Positions 19,313 to 29,722 of a stretch of 45,869 bases of DNA are shown in pieces. The stretch lies in the NCBI GenBank assembly GCA_938091905.1, contig CALKOM010000056.1, forward strand, positions 1 to 45,869, given 5' to 3'. The translations under genes were made by a program, and so were the position numbers. Origin of the DNA: an uncultured Verrucomicrobiales bacterium. GTDB taxonomy: Bacteria; Verrucomicrobiota; Verrucomicrobiia; Verrucomicrobiales; DEV007. Numbering within the stretch: the first letter of the stretch is position 1; each line of letters begins with the position of its first letter. Below the pieces are notes generated by a model. It saw only the letters and a program-made list of their open reading frames with translations. It did no database searches and was not told where the DNA came from.

Positions 19313-20236
19313 TTATCTCAGAGCTTCGACAATGGCATTCACGTTGTGTTTGAGCATGCCAATGTAAGTGCTCACATCATAGGAGTCACCATTCACGGTG
19401 CGTACGTCGCCAGGCTCTCCCATGGCGTCTGAAAAGAGTTCTCCACCGACGCTGACATCGGCATCGGCTGCAATCTGTTCGATGAGCGTCTTGTTTACAC
19501 TGCTCTCGACAAAGATGGCTGTGATCCCGTTGGCTTTGATGAAATCGACCATGCGAGTGCGGTCGGCGACACTCGGATCGGAAGCGGTGGAGATGCCCTG
19601 TACTCCGACGACCTCCAGGCCATAGGCTTGTCCAAAGTAGGCAAAGGCATCGTGACTCGTCACCAGCTTGCGACGGTCCTCTGGGATCTTGGCGACCCGC
19701 TTCACTGCCCAGCGATGAAGCGTTTCCAAGTCGACTTTGTAGCCTTCCCCACGCCCTTCGAAGTCCTCTTTGTGCTCGGGAAAGGTCGCGCTTAGCTGCG
19801 CCACTACGGCATCGACGGTCGACGCCCAGAGGCGAGCGTCTCCCCAGATGTGCGGATCTGGATGACCTTCGCTGTCCTCGGGTGCGAGGCGTTTCTCTTG
19901 AGGCACGGTATCGGAAACGGCGCGAACGGCTTTGCCGTCAGTCGCTAGACGCTTGAAGAGATCCTCCATCTTTCCTTCTAATAGAAGTCCGTTGTAGAAG
20001 ATTACTTTGGCTTGATTTAGCTTAGACACATCAGCAGGAGAGGCCTTGTAGAGGTGAGGGTCGACACCGGGGCGCATGAGGGCGCCAACGCTGACGTCTT
20101 CTCCAGCGATCACGCGCACCATGTCTGCAATCATGGTGGTCGTGGCAATGACGTCTGGAGACTCCGTACGAGACGATTTGGTGCAAGAACTGAGGAATAG
20201 TCCGAGTAGAAGACTGAAGGTAAGCGGTGCTTTCAT
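19313..20236 (-). CDS. Metal ABC transporter substrate-binding lipoprotein (TroA/MntA-like)
   Basis: Lipobox LSSC; GVDPHLY, DPHIW, TSHDAF.YFG and LFSDAMG motifs. Confidence 0.95.
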   Translation of the reverse strand: MKAPLTFSLLLGLFLSSCTKSSRTESPDVIATTTMIADMVRVIAGEDVSVGALMRPGVDPHLYKASPADVSKLNQAKVIFYNGLLLEGKMEDLFKRLATDGKAVRAVSDTVPQEKRLAPEDSEGHPDPHIWGDARLWASTVDAVVAQLSATFPEHKEDFEGRGEGYKVDLETLHRWAVKRVAKIPEDRRKLVTSHDAFAYFGQAYGLEVVGVQGISTASDPSVADRTRMVDFIKANGITAIFVESSVNKTLIEQIAADADVSVGGELFSDAMGEPGDVRTVNGDSYDVSTYIGMLKHNVNAIVEALR

Positions 20237-20248
20237 ACTTGACTATGA

Positions 20249-20286
20249 ATATTAGATGAGGCTAATTCTCTGTCAACAGGCTAATT
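20249..20286. promoter_or_regulatory. DtxR/MntR-type operator overlapping the tro/mnt promoter
   Basis: Palindrome ATTAG-N6-CTAAT at 20251-20266. AGGCTAATT repeated at 20259 and 20278. Minus-strand TTGACA(20276-71)-N16-TAATAT(20254-49). Confidence 0.7.
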
Positions 20287-20295
20287 TCTATACCC

Positions 20296-20745
20296 GTGAC
20301 TGAACTTAAAACAGCGATTGATCTCAATCCCTCAACGTCCGTGGCGTCCGAGGATTATTTGGAGCAAATCCTCAATCTGGTGACCGAGAAGGGCTATGCG
20401 CGTGTGATCGATATCGCAACGAACCTGGGTATTTCGCAGGCCAGTGTGAGCAACATGGTGCAGCGATTGGCAAGTGAAGGGCTCGTCACCTACGAGAAAT
20501 ATCGCGGCATGGCGCTCACTCCAGAAGGAGAGAAGATTGCCCAAGCGATCATCCAACGCCACGAAGCTCTATCGGAGTTCCTGCGGCTTTTCGGTTTGGA
20601 CGAGCTGGACATTCATCGTGATGTCGAGGGAATGGAGCACCACGTGAGTTCGCCGACGCTGCGCGTCTTTCAAGTGCTTGTAGAAGAGTTGCAGCGTCGC
20701 CCCAAGCTGGTGGAGAAGGTTGTGGGCCGGATTCATGAAAGCTGA
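20296..20745 (+). CDS. mntR: Manganese-dependent transcriptional regulator, DtxR/MntR family
   Basis: EDYLEQI..L..EKGYARVIDIA, YEKYRG..LT and DVEGMEHHVS motifs; divergent from the metal ABC operon. Confidence 0.92.
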   Translation: MTELKTAIDLNPSTSVASEDYLEQILNLVTEKGYARVIDIATNLGISQASVSNMVQRLASEGLVTYEKYRGMALTPEGEKIAQAIIQRHEALSEFLRLFGLDELDIHRDVEGMEHHVSSPTLRVFQVLVEELQRRPKLVEKVVGRIHES

Positions 20746-20770
20746 TCTTTGAGTTGGTTATAAAACTACG

Positions 20771-20955
20771 ATGACTTCGTCGAACGAACCTCATTCTGCT
20801 CTCTTTCCGCCTACGGCGTGGAGTCGGATCCAAGCTGGCCGAGGAAGAGATGCGGGAGGCCTTGGATACGATTTGTCGGCGTTACTGGAATCCTGCGTTT
20901 AAGTTTCTGCGTTCGTTAGGCTGCCGTGTTGATGATGCCGGGGATGTCACCGACG
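20771..20955 (+). pseudogene. Frameshifted, truncated ECF sigma factor (PVC type)
   Basis: ATG 20771 gives MTSSNEPHSALFPPTAWSRI. After a frameshift the sequence reads EALDTICRRYWNPAFKFLRSLG..VDDAGDVT, matching the recalled FPTT.WS / AL..LC..YW.P..DA.DLT pattern. Confidence 0.7.
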
Positions 20956-22157
20956 GAACATTTGAGGACTCATTTCTCCTATTCGCCTCTTGGACCGGTG
21001 GCATCGATTCGACATGAAGATCCAGACGGAGATCTTGTGCACGTTAGTGCCGAACTCACCTATATTCGAGACGCTGGCAATCGGGGCGCCTCCATTAGCC
21101 ATGCTACGGACTCGGCGACAGTGACCTACGATTCAGCAGGTTTCGTCGCTGGCGTTACATACACTGCTGCTAGCGACGCTGACGAATTTTATAACTATGA
21201 CGCCGCAGGCAACCGGCTTGGGCCGCACTTGCTCCTAAGTGCGACGACGTTTGGGCAGGCAATCGGGTCACTGCCATAGGTGATTTCGCTTTTGCCTTTG
21301 ATGCTGACGAAAATGTGTCAAAATGAACCAACTCGAGCACCGGGGAAGTGACAAACTTCAGCTATGATCACTGCAATCATCTGGTCACGGCAACTGTGCA
21401 CCCTAGCGAAGGTGTGGCTGCATCGACCACAGTGAACTTGGGTTATGATTATGCGAATCGACTGATCAGTCGAGAGGTCGATGGTTCGAAGACGTGGATT
21501 CTCTACGACAGGGACATGCCCATTGCGGAGTTTGCCGATGGAGCCATGGAAGCGTCGACCCTGTATTTCTATGCGTTAGATCGCCTAGATGATTTCCATG
21601 CCATGTGGAACGCCAGCTCTGGTGAGAGCTGGTTTCTCAAAGATCATCTCGGGTCGGTGCGTGGTGTGCTCGATGGAACTGGCGCGTTCGTTTCCTGGGT
21701 CGACTACGATGCCTACGGGAATATCCTGGGCACGCCGCCCGCAGGCTTGGGGCCAATTCGCTACGCTGGGAGATCGTCTTTGGAGGAACTTGCTCTCTAT
21801 GAGAACCGTCGATGTTATTATGATCCTATCATTGGGCGATTCACTCAACCGGATCCTATGCACATCGCTGGTGGAGACATGAATCTGTATGCCTATGTAG
21901 CTAATAACCCCATGGACTACACCGATCCGAAGGGAACGAGTGCGGCGATTCAATAGGCGCCCCTCGCCTCAGGTATCGTTTCTAGGTTGAAGTTTGCCAC
22001 AGGCCTCGGGTCTAAGATCAATCAGTGCTTTAACGAACTCGCGAAGCCGTTCGATAATCCTGGTGGAGGCGGTGGCGGCAGTGCTTGCGTGACGAATTTC
22101 CCGCTGCCGGGCCCCTTTCCGTTTCCAGGGCCAGGCTTCAATTCGTTGTCACAGTGA
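20926..22157 (+). pseudogene. Degraded RHS/YD-repeat protein 3' part with RHS core and short C-terminal domain
   Basis: YDAAGNR and DHLGSVR..YDAYGN repeats; core PIIGRFTQPDP...NLYAYVANNPMDYTDPKG. Broken into ORFs 20926-21279 and 21348-21956. The frame stays open past TAG 21954-56 to TGA 22155-57. Confidence 0.8.
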
Positions 22158-22216
22158 CTCAGGTTGTTGACCGCGCCTAAGTGATTCGGCAGACTTACGG
22201 GAGATACTACCCTGTG

Positions 22217-25200
22217 ATGATTCCCAGATTCCTTCTTCCAATTAGTCTTGTTGCGCTGCTCGTGGGCGCTGTTCTGTTCTCGCGTGCCAAGAACGGGGGG
22301 GCGGCGGGCGACTCCGAGGTAACCGTGTATGAGCATACCCACCGGGATGCGTTTACGAATCCCTACTGGCCGACGATCGACACTCCGAAACTGACCACAC
22401 CCCAGTGGATTGGGGAGGAGGGTGTCGAGGCAGCCGCCGTGCTTTCCATTGACGACATGCGCGGGGTGGAACCCTATCAGTCCTTTCTGGAACCCATTCT
22501 TCAGCAGTTGGAGAAGATTGATGGACGGGCACCTCTTAGCATCTTTACAAACCAGATCGATCCTAACGAACCCCAGCTCCAGCGCTGGCTTAAACGGGGA
22601 GTCAGTATTGAAGTGCATACGATCGATCATCCGTGTCCTTTGCTCAAGGACGGAGATTTCGAGCAGTCTAAGAAGACAGTGCATCAGTGCGTGGACCTCT
22701 TGGACGGCATTCCCAACATGCGCCCCGTGAGCTATCGTATGCCGTGTTGTGATTCAATGAATTCTGTGAGTCCTCGATTCTATGACGACATCATGGGTCC
22801 GCTCACGCCAACCGGAAATATCCTAACCAGTGATTCCTCCGTGTTTCAGATCTTCACGGCGGACGATCCTGAGTTGCCACGTGAACTCTTTGCCAATGGC
22901 AACGAGAAGCGGTTCGAGCGCTACGTGCCCTTGGGAAAAGACTTTGTGGGGACGATCGAAAACTATCCCTATCCTTACTTGATAGGGAAACAATACTGGC
23001 AGTTTCCCTGCACGGTGCCTTCTGATTGGGAGGCGCAGTATCTGCAAGGGAAGAACAATCCCCGGACGGTCGAGGATCTTAAAGCGGCACTGGATGCCAC
23101 AGTCGCGAAGCAGGGCTTGTTCGTCTTTGTCTTTCACCCGCACGGCTGGATTGAGAATTCTCAGGTCGTCGAGCTGGTCGAATATGCAGACGCGACTTAC
23201 GGTAACAAGCTCAAGTTCCTCAACATGCGTGAGGTTCAAGAGCGCATCGATCAGAACATGCTAGACCGGCACCCAATACGGCAACTTGAAGGCGGAAAGT
23301 TCTCTGGGACTCAGATCGCTGATGTAAATGGAGATGGCTACATGGATGTGAAGATCCATTCTACAGCGGCGAGAATCTGGCAGCCGGAATCGCGGACTTG
23401 GGTGTCGCGATCCTTCTCCAAGCTCGTTGAGAAGGAGTTCGCGAAACCTGAGGGTGACTTTAAGGTAGAAGAAGCCCTGCGTTTGTGGGATCTGGATGCC
23501 GATGGTGATCTCGACGCCGTCTATTCGGATGCGGAGAGGTTTGTAATCTACGAGAGAGACAAGTCTGCGTGGAACCTTTTGCGAGACGGCAAGCATAACG
23601 CGTTGCCTAATGCTCCACCGCCGTTCTTCCGGGCCGATGGTTCGAATAATGGAGTGTGGATGGACAAGAAGACCTTCATCATTCAAAATGAAGACACTAG
23701 CGGAGAACCGAACGTCATACGTCGCGTCAACTTCGCCGATGTCTTGGCGGAGGAAGATGAACGTGAAGGTGATGAGGATCTTCTCTCTCTGAAGCCGCTA
23801 TCGCCGCAGGAAGGCCTGGCAAGCATGAAGACAAAGGAAGGTCTAGAGGTTCAACTGATGGCGCATGAGCCTGACGTGATGGACCCGATCGACATCGCTT
23901 GGGGCGCTGACGGCAAACTGTGGGTGCTCGAAATGGCCGACTATCCAGAAGGTGACGAGGGAGGTCGTGTGCGTTTCTTGGAGGATTCCGATCAAGATGG
24001 GAGATACGAAGTTTCCAATCTCTTCCTCGAAGGGATTCCGTTTCCAACAGCGCTCATGGCTTGGCGAAAGGGTGCCTTGGTGTTGTCTGCGCCTGACCTG
24101 TTTTATGCAGAGGACACCGACGGCGATGGGAAGGCGGATACCCGTGAAGTCCTTTACACGGGCTTTGCTGAGGGAAACCAGCAGCACCGTGTGAATAGCC
24201 TTCGCTGGGGTTTGGACAACTGGATCTACCTCGCCAATGGAGATAGCGGAGGCAAGCTTCGTTCCATCAAGACGGGGCAAACGTTGACCTTGGGATCTTA
24301 TGATCTGCGAATTCGTCCTGCTGAAGGCTTGTTAGAGTTGGTTTCGGGCACGACGCAACATGGCCGGAACCGCAACGATGCCGGAGACTGGTTTGGCAAC
24401 AACAACTCCAATCCCCTATGGCACTACGTCCTTGATCAATCCGTGTTGGCAAGGAATCCGCACTTCAGCCCTCCAAGTCCGATTGTGCATATGCCAGAAG
24501 TGCCGGGAAACTCCCCCGTGTTCCCAACCAGCGTCACGCATGAACGGTTCAATGATTTCCACACAGCGAATTGTATCACTTCCGCGTGCTCGACCGTGAT
24601 CTATCGAGGTGAGCTGTTGGGCGACGAGTATTATGGTGATGCCTTCATCTCCGAGCCCGTTCACAACATGGTGCATCGCCAAGTGGTCTCGGAGACAGGG
24701 GTTACGTTCACGAGCAAACGTGCTGAGGACGAACAGAACTCCGAGTTTTTGACTTCGGTAGACCCGTGGTGCCGTCCCGTGGCGGTGCGCACGGCATCGG
24801 ATGGATCCCTTTGGGTCGTCGACATGTATCGGCACGTGATCGAGCATCCCGAGTGGATTCCCCACGATTGGGAAACTCAACTGGATCTGCGCGCAGGCCA
24901 TGAGCGCGGTCGGCTCTATCGCGTGGCACCTAAGGGGCACGCGCCATTGCCCGCGCCGGATCTGATGAAGTTGTCGCTGGCGGACCTCGTTGCAAGGTTA
25001 GGCGATCCTAGTGGTACAGTGCGTGATCTGACCCAGCAGCTGCTGACGGACCGTAAGCCCGAGGGTGCTGAGGAAATGCTAGCGGAAGCGTGCAGAGCAA
25101 CAGACTGGCGTCATCGCCTGCACGCCTTGGCAACGTTGGATGGACTGGGACCTGTCTCCCGTCCCGTCGTAGCCGACGCCCTGACGGATTCCCATTCGGC

Positions 25201-26893
25201 GGTTCGTCGATTGGCACTACGTTTGGCTGGCAAGCTCAAAGGAGACTGGCAGTTTCCCGAAAACGAGAGTGATTCCAAGGTGGTTTTGGAGAAGGCCATT
25301 ACTTTGGGTGAGTTCGAGGGGCAGGGAAGAGCCTTGGCTGAACTCGCGTTAAGTTCCGAAGATCAATACATCCGAGCAGCCTGTGTGAGTTCCATGTTAG
25401 CAGACACGGATGGCTTTCTTGATCGTCTTACGGAGTCTACCTTTGAAGAGAGTCATTCTCAGCTCTTGGGCTGGGTCATGGCGACTTCTGGAAAGCGACG
25501 GATTGCCAAACGTCTTGGTGAGTCCAATGAGTTGGAGGCTTGGCGTTTGAAGTTGATTGCCACGGCACTGCCTGAGTTGAGTGGCGAGGTGGAGCCCATG
25601 CTCGATGCTGCTTGGGCCATGGTGCAAGATCGTGCCGCTGAAACTGATCTTCGCTCTGTAGGGCTCGAGTTCGTGTGTGCGGCGGAAACGGAGATCCAAG
25701 ATGTGGGTGAGCTCGCTGCCCTTTGCAAACCGGCAGAACCGGTGGCGTTTCAAATGACAGTCGTGCGCATGATTGGTGCGCACTTTCCCAAGGCCATACC
25801 CACTTGGTTGATCCCGACCTGGCCCAGCCTTGAGCCTGCCTTGCGCCGTGAGGTCACGAACTGGCTGAGTAGTCGGCCGAGCGTTGCACTTTCCGTGGCC
25901 AAGCAGCTCCCAAACCAGGGGGTGCCCGACTTGCAGCGTTCACTTGGACAACACCCTGCTGAGGAGGTGCGGGAGGTGATTCGAGTGCTATCGGGTTCGG
26001 ACCAGGATACAGACAAGCAGGCGCTCAAGGAGAGTGTCTTGGCGCTCGAGGGGAGAAGCGAACGCGGGCAGGCCATGTTCCAAGAGAGCTGTGCTATTTG
26101 TCATGTGTTGAATGGCGAGGGGAATGCCATCGGTCCGGATCTGGCTACTTTAACAAATCCCTCACCCGCGTTCTTGTTAGAGGCGATTCTTGACCCAAAC
26201 GCGGCGGTTGAAGATAAATACCTCGCTTACACTGCGGAGACCCACGACGGTGCTAGCACGATCGGTTTGTTAGAAGGGGAATCGGGCATGTCGCTTCGGT
26301 TTCGTTTGGCAAACGGTGACCAGCAGGATTTCTTGCGACGAGACGTCGCCAAAGTCGTGTCGACAGGGCGCTCCCTCATGCCAGAAGGATTGGAGGCAGG
26401 GAGGTCGCCCCAAGAGCTTGCCGATCTCATCGCGTATGTTCGCGCCGCGAAACCTCCTAGAAAGTCCTTTGCATTCAACGAGCCAGCGCTAGTGACCCCA
26501 GACGCAAGCAACACTATAGCCCTGTTAGCGACCAAGGCTTCTGTGCATGGTCCGTCACTCACATTTGGGAGCCGCTACTTGCATTTGGAAAACTGGTGTC
26601 ACGTTCAGGATCAAGCCGTGTGGACTTTTCGGTGTGATCAACCAGGGCGCTACGCGGTGACGCTCGATTACTCCTGCGCGAACAATTCGGCGGGCGGTTC
26701 ATTGGCTCTCCACCTCGGAAAACAACGCCAAACCCATGTGGTGACGGGAACGGGGAACTGGAATGGCTTTCGAGCCACAGCGGCCGGGGAGTTTGATCTT
26801 CAGAAAGGTGAGCATCAGCTGGTGGCGCGGTCTTCTGGACCAATTAACGGATTTCTGGCCGATCTGCGCACCGTGACCTTGAGCCCACGCTAG
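22217..26893 (+). CDS. PVC-type heme-binding CxxCH protein: polysaccharide-deacetylase-like N-domain, FG-GAP-like repeats, dehydrogenase-type propeller, HEAT repeats, cytochrome c, C-terminal CBM-like domain
   Basis: LSIDD, HTIDHP, RMP and FHPHGW (NodB-like); DVNGDG and DLDADGDLD; EPDVMDPI.IAWG.DG.LWV.EM.DYP; CAICH..G.G..IGPDL; SLMPEGLE. Confidence 0.9.
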   Translation: MIPRFLLPISLVALLVGAVLFSRAKNGGAAGDSEVTVYEHTHRDAFTNPYWPTIDTPKLTTPQWIGEEGVEAAAVLSIDDMRGVEPYQSFLEPILQQLEKIDGRAPLSIFTNQIDPNEPQLQRWLKRGVSIEVHTIDHPCPLLKDGDFEQSKKTVHQCVDLLDGIPNMRPVSYRMPCCDSMNSVSPRFYDDIMGPLTPTGNILTSDSSVFQIFTADDPELPRELFANGNEKRFERYVPLGKDFVGTIENYPYPYLIGKQYWQFPCTVPSDWEAQYLQGKNNPRTVEDLKAALDATVAKQGLFVFVFHPHGWIENSQVVELVEYADATYGNKLKFLNMREVQERIDQNMLDRHPIRQLEGGKFSGTQIADVNGDGYMDVKIHSTAARIWQPESRTWVSRSFSKLVEKEFAKPEGDFKVEEALRLWDLDADGDLDAVYSDAERFVIYERDKSAWNLLRDGKHNALPNAPPPFFRADGSNNGVWMDKKTFIIQNEDTSGEPNVIRRVNFADVLAEEDEREGDEDLLSLKPLSPQEGLASMKTKEGLEVQLMAHEPDVMDPIDIAWGADGKLWVLEMADYPEGDEGGRVRFLEDSDQDGRYEVSNLFLEGIPFPTALMAWRKGALVLSAPDLFYAEDTDGDGKADTREVLYTGFAEGNQQHRVNSLRWGLDNWIYLANGDSGGKLRSIKTGQTLTLGSYDLRIRPAEGLLELVSGTTQHGRNRNDAGDWFGNNNSNPLWHYVLDQSVLARNPHFSPPSPIVHMPEVPGNSPVFPTSVTHERFNDFHTANCITSACSTVIYRGELLGDEYYGDAFISEPVHNMVHRQVVSETGVTFTSKRAEDEQNSEFLTSVDPWCRPVAVRTASDGSLWVVDMYRHVIEHPEWIPHDWETQLDLRAGHERGRLYRVAPKGHAPLPAPDLMKLSLADLVARLGDPSGTVRDLTQQLLTDRKPEGAEEMLAEACRATDWRHRLHALATLDGLGPVSRPVVADALTDSHSAVRRLALRLAGKLKGDWQFPENESDSKVVLEKAITLGEFEGQGRALAELALSSEDQYIRAACVSSMLADTDGFLDRLTESTFEESHSQLLGWVMATSGKRRIAKRLGESNELEAWRLKLIATALPELSGEVEPMLDAAWAMVQDRAAETDLRSVGLEFVCAAETEIQDVGELAALCKPAEPVAFQMTVVRMIGAHFPKAIPTWLIPTWPSLEPALRREVTNWLSSRPSVALSVAKQLPNQGVPDLQRSLGQHPAEEVREVIRVLSGSDQDTDKQALKESVLALEGRSERGQAMFQESCAICHVLNGEGNAIGPDLATLTNPSPAFLLEAILDPNAAVEDKYLAYTAETHDGASTIGLLEGESGMSLRFRLANGDQQDFLRRDVAKVVSTGRSLMPEGLEAGRSPQELADLIAYVRAAKPPRKSFAFNEPALVTPDASNTIALLATKASVHGPSLTFGSRYLHLENWCHVQDQAVWTFRCDQPGRYAVTLDYSCANNSAGGSLALHLGKQRQTHVVTGTGNWNGFRATAAGEFDLQKGEHQLVARSSGPINGFLADLRTVTLSPR

Positions 26894-26929
26894 AGCATCG
26901 ATACGATCGGTTGAGGAGGATTCCTCAAC

Positions 26930-27856
26930 ATGCCCAAAGTATCTGTTCGTAAATCCATCGTCATCGATGCCCCGCTCGAGAAAGTTTATGAGTTTGTGCG
27001 GAATTTCAAAGAATGGCCAGCTTGGTCGCCATGGTTGATCACCGATCCTGAATGCAAGGTTTCCTATGCAGATGATGGCGGGCAGTATACCTGGGAGGGA
27101 GACGTCGTTGGGGCTGGCGAAATGTCGATTCTGTCAGAGGAGAAGCCCAACGAGATCGTCTACCAACTCACCTTTTTGAAACCCTTCAAATCTCAGGCCG
27201 GTGTGGCCATGAATTTCGCGTTAAAAGGTGGGGGTATTGAGGTCGCCTGGAGCATGGATAGCAAGCTGCCGTTCTTTCTCTTCTTCATGCGTCCGATGAT
27301 GACAGCGATTATCGGGATGGATTACGAACGCGGTCTAAGGATGCTGAAGGAGTTATTGGAAACTGGATCGGCGGGATCGAAGCTAGAGTTTCCTGGTGAA
27401 GAGGCGATGCCGGTACAGGATTACGTAGGATTGCGTTCGGCCGCCAGTATTGCCGAGATGGGAGAGGCCATGGAATACGACATGAAGAAGTTGCATGATT
27501 GGGTGGCCGCAAATGAGGTGGAACTGGCAGGCACGCCGTTCACTATCTATCATCAATGGAATCCCACGAAAGCGACGACAGAATACACTCTAGGGTTTCC
27601 GCTAGTTAAGCCTCTTGATTCTCTGCCTGATGGATTCGTTGCAGGCGAGCGGCCGGCCTGCCGGGCTTTTCCGATCAAGCACACGGGCTCCTATTGCCAT
27701 TTGGGCAATGCCTGGTCCTCGGGGATCAATCGTGCGCGCAACAAGGTCTTTCGACAGAGCAAGACGATCGCGCCTTTCGAGATCTATGAGAATAGCCCGG
27801 CTGAGGTTTCCGAAGAAGAGCTGGAGACGACTGTCTACTTCCCGCTGCGGGATTGA
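26930..27856 (+). CDS. SRPBCC (polyketide cyclase-like) plus GyrI-like effector-binding protein
   Basis: SIVIDAPLEKVY..V.NFKEWPAWSPW, GMDYERGL.MLK, HTGSY.HLGNAW and FEIYENSP motifs. Confidence 0.9.
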   Translation: MPKVSVRKSIVIDAPLEKVYEFVRNFKEWPAWSPWLITDPECKVSYADDGGQYTWEGDVVGAGEMSILSEEKPNEIVYQLTFLKPFKSQAGVAMNFALKGGGIEVAWSMDSKLPFFLFFMRPMMTAIIGMDYERGLRMLKELLETGSAGSKLEFPGEEAMPVQDYVGLRSAASIAEMGEAMEYDMKKLHDWVAANEVELAGTPFTIYHQWNPTKATTEYTLGFPLVKPLDSLPDGFVAGERPACRAFPIKHTGSYCHLGNAWSSGINRARNKVFRQSKTIAPFEIYENSPAEVSEEELETTVYFPLRD

Positions 27857-27903
27857 TGCCAAGCTAGGACTGGACAAGCGGCAGCCTAGGGCTTGAATGC
27901 CGC

Positions 27904-29712
27904 ATGCAAGATTTGCTGAGTATTCCCAGTGAAGTGAGACACTCTGCCGCGAAGGCATGGGTGGTGGAGATGGTACGTCAGTGTCAGCCGAAGACCGTGC
28001 ATTGGTGTGACGGTTCAGAGGAGGAGAGCGCACGTCTTTCTCAAGAGATGGTTGAGGCTGGGACTTTTATTCAGCTAGATCCTGAAAAACGACCTAACAG
28101 TTTCTTGGCGCGGTCAGATCCAGACGACGTCGCTCGGGTGGAGGAGTCTACCTTTATCTGCACGAAGCGGAAGATCGATGCAGGGCCAAACAACAATTGG
28201 CGTGATCCCGAGGAAATGAAAACAGTCCTGCGCGAGCACTTTGCAGGATCGATGAAGGGGCGCACCATGTATGTGATCCCTTTCTGTATGGGACCACCAG
28301 ACTCGCCTCTTGCGCAGATTGGCGTGCAAGTGTCCGACTCCCCGTATGTTGTGGTGAACATGCGTATCATGACGCGCATGGGTTCCTTCCTTTGGGATCA
28401 GTTAGGTGAGGATGGGAAATTCGTACCCTGCCTGCACAGCGTGGGGCAACCGCTTGCGGAAGGTGAGAAAGATGTGCCATGGCCGTGTAATCCTAGCAAA
28501 TACATTGTACATTTCCCAGAAGAGCGCGCCATTTGGTCCTTCGGTAGTGGCTACGGAGGAAATGCTCTGTTAGGAAAGAAATGCTTGGCCTTACGAATTG
28601 CAAGTTGGATGGCGTTTCAAGACGGCTGGATGGCCGAGCACATGCTCATTCTTGGGGTGGAGTCACCGGAAGGCGAGAAATCTTATGTCGCTGCTGCCTT
28701 CCCGAGTGCCTGTGGAAAGACGAACTTTGCTATGCTCGTGCCGCCAAAGGAGTACGAGGGCTGGAAAGTAACGACCGTCGGCGATGACATCGCCTGGCTC
28801 TGGCCCGGTGCTGACGGCAAGCTTCGGGCGATCAATCCTGAAATGGGCTACTTCGGTGTGGCTCCCGGCACCTCGGCCAAGTCCAACGCCAATGCGTTAG
28901 AATCCGCTTCTGCAAACACGATCTTCACCAACGTCGCGCTGACCCCGGACGGAGATGTTTGGTGGGAGGGCCTCACGAAGACGCCTCCCGATGGCTTGAT
29001 CGATTGGAAGGGAAACGCTTGGGACCCTGGCAAAGGCACGCCTGCGGCACATCCAAACTCGCGCTTCACGGCACCTGCGGCGCAGAATCCTCTTATTGAT
29101 CCTTCATGGGATGATCCCGACGGCGTGCCCATTAGTGCGATCATCTTTGGAGGTCGCCGGGCGACGACAATGCCTCTCGTGTTCCAGTCCTTCAACTGGA
29201 CGCATGGAGTCTACATCGGCGCGACCATGGGATCGGAGAAGACGGCTGCTGCAGCAGGGACGGTAGGCGAAGTTCGTCGAGACCCAATGGCGATGCTGCC
29301 CTTCTGTGGATACAACATGGGCGACTACTTCCACCATTGGTTAGAAATGTGTTCCAAGATTAGCGACTTGCCGCGCATTTTTCATGTGAACTGGTTCCGC
29401 ACGAACGCGGATGGTGAGTTTCTCTGGCCGGGCTTTGGTGAGAATATGCGTGTGCTAGAATGGATCATTAACCGCTGTCGTGGACGCGCTGCCGGGCACG
29501 AAACGAAGATCGGTTGGATTCCGCACTGGGGCGAATTGAATACCGATGGGATCGTTGGGTTCACGGAAGAACATTTCGCTGAGGTCATGGCTATTCGGGG
29601 AGAAGAGTGGCGGCCGGAGCTGCTTGGGCAGGGCGAACTCTATCTCAAACTCTATGACCACATGCCCAAAGAAATGGTCTTTCAGCGTGAACTGCTGGCG
29701 TCTCGATTATAG
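27904..29712 (+). CDS. pckG: GTP-dependent phosphoenolpyruvate carboxykinase
   Basis: [43 protein letters not shown] and [13 protein letters not shown] motifs. Confidence 0.98.
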   Translation: MQDLLSIPSEVRHSAAKAWVVEMVRQCQPKTVHWCDGSEEESARLSQEMVEAGTFIQLDPEKRPNSFLARSDPDDVARVEESTFICTKRKIDAGPNNNWRDPEEMKTVLREHFAGSMKGRTMYVIPFCMGPPDSPLAQIGVQVSDSPYVVVNMRIMTRMGSFLWDQLGEDGKFVPCLHSVGQPLAEGEKDVPWPCNPSKYIVHFPEERAIWSFGSGYGGNALLGKKCLALRIASWMAFQDGWMAEHMLILGVESPEGEKSYVAAAFPSACGKTNFAMLVPPKEYEGWKVTTVGDDIAWLWPGADGKLRAINPEMGYFGVAPGTSAKSNANALESASANTIFTNVALTPDGDVWWEGLTKTPPDGLIDWKGNAWDPGKGTPAAHPNSRFTAPAAQNPLIDPSWDDPDGVPISAIIFGGRRATTMPLVFQSFNWTHGVYIGATMGSEKTAAAAGTVGEVRRDPMAMLPFCGYNMGDYFHHWLEMCSKISDLPRIFHVNWFRTNADGEFLWPGFGENMRVLEWIINRCRGRAAGHETKIGWIPHWGELNTDGIVGFTEEHFAEVMAIRGEEWRPELLGQGELYLKLYDHMPKEMVFQRELLASRL

Positions 29713-29722
29713 CGTAGCGCAC

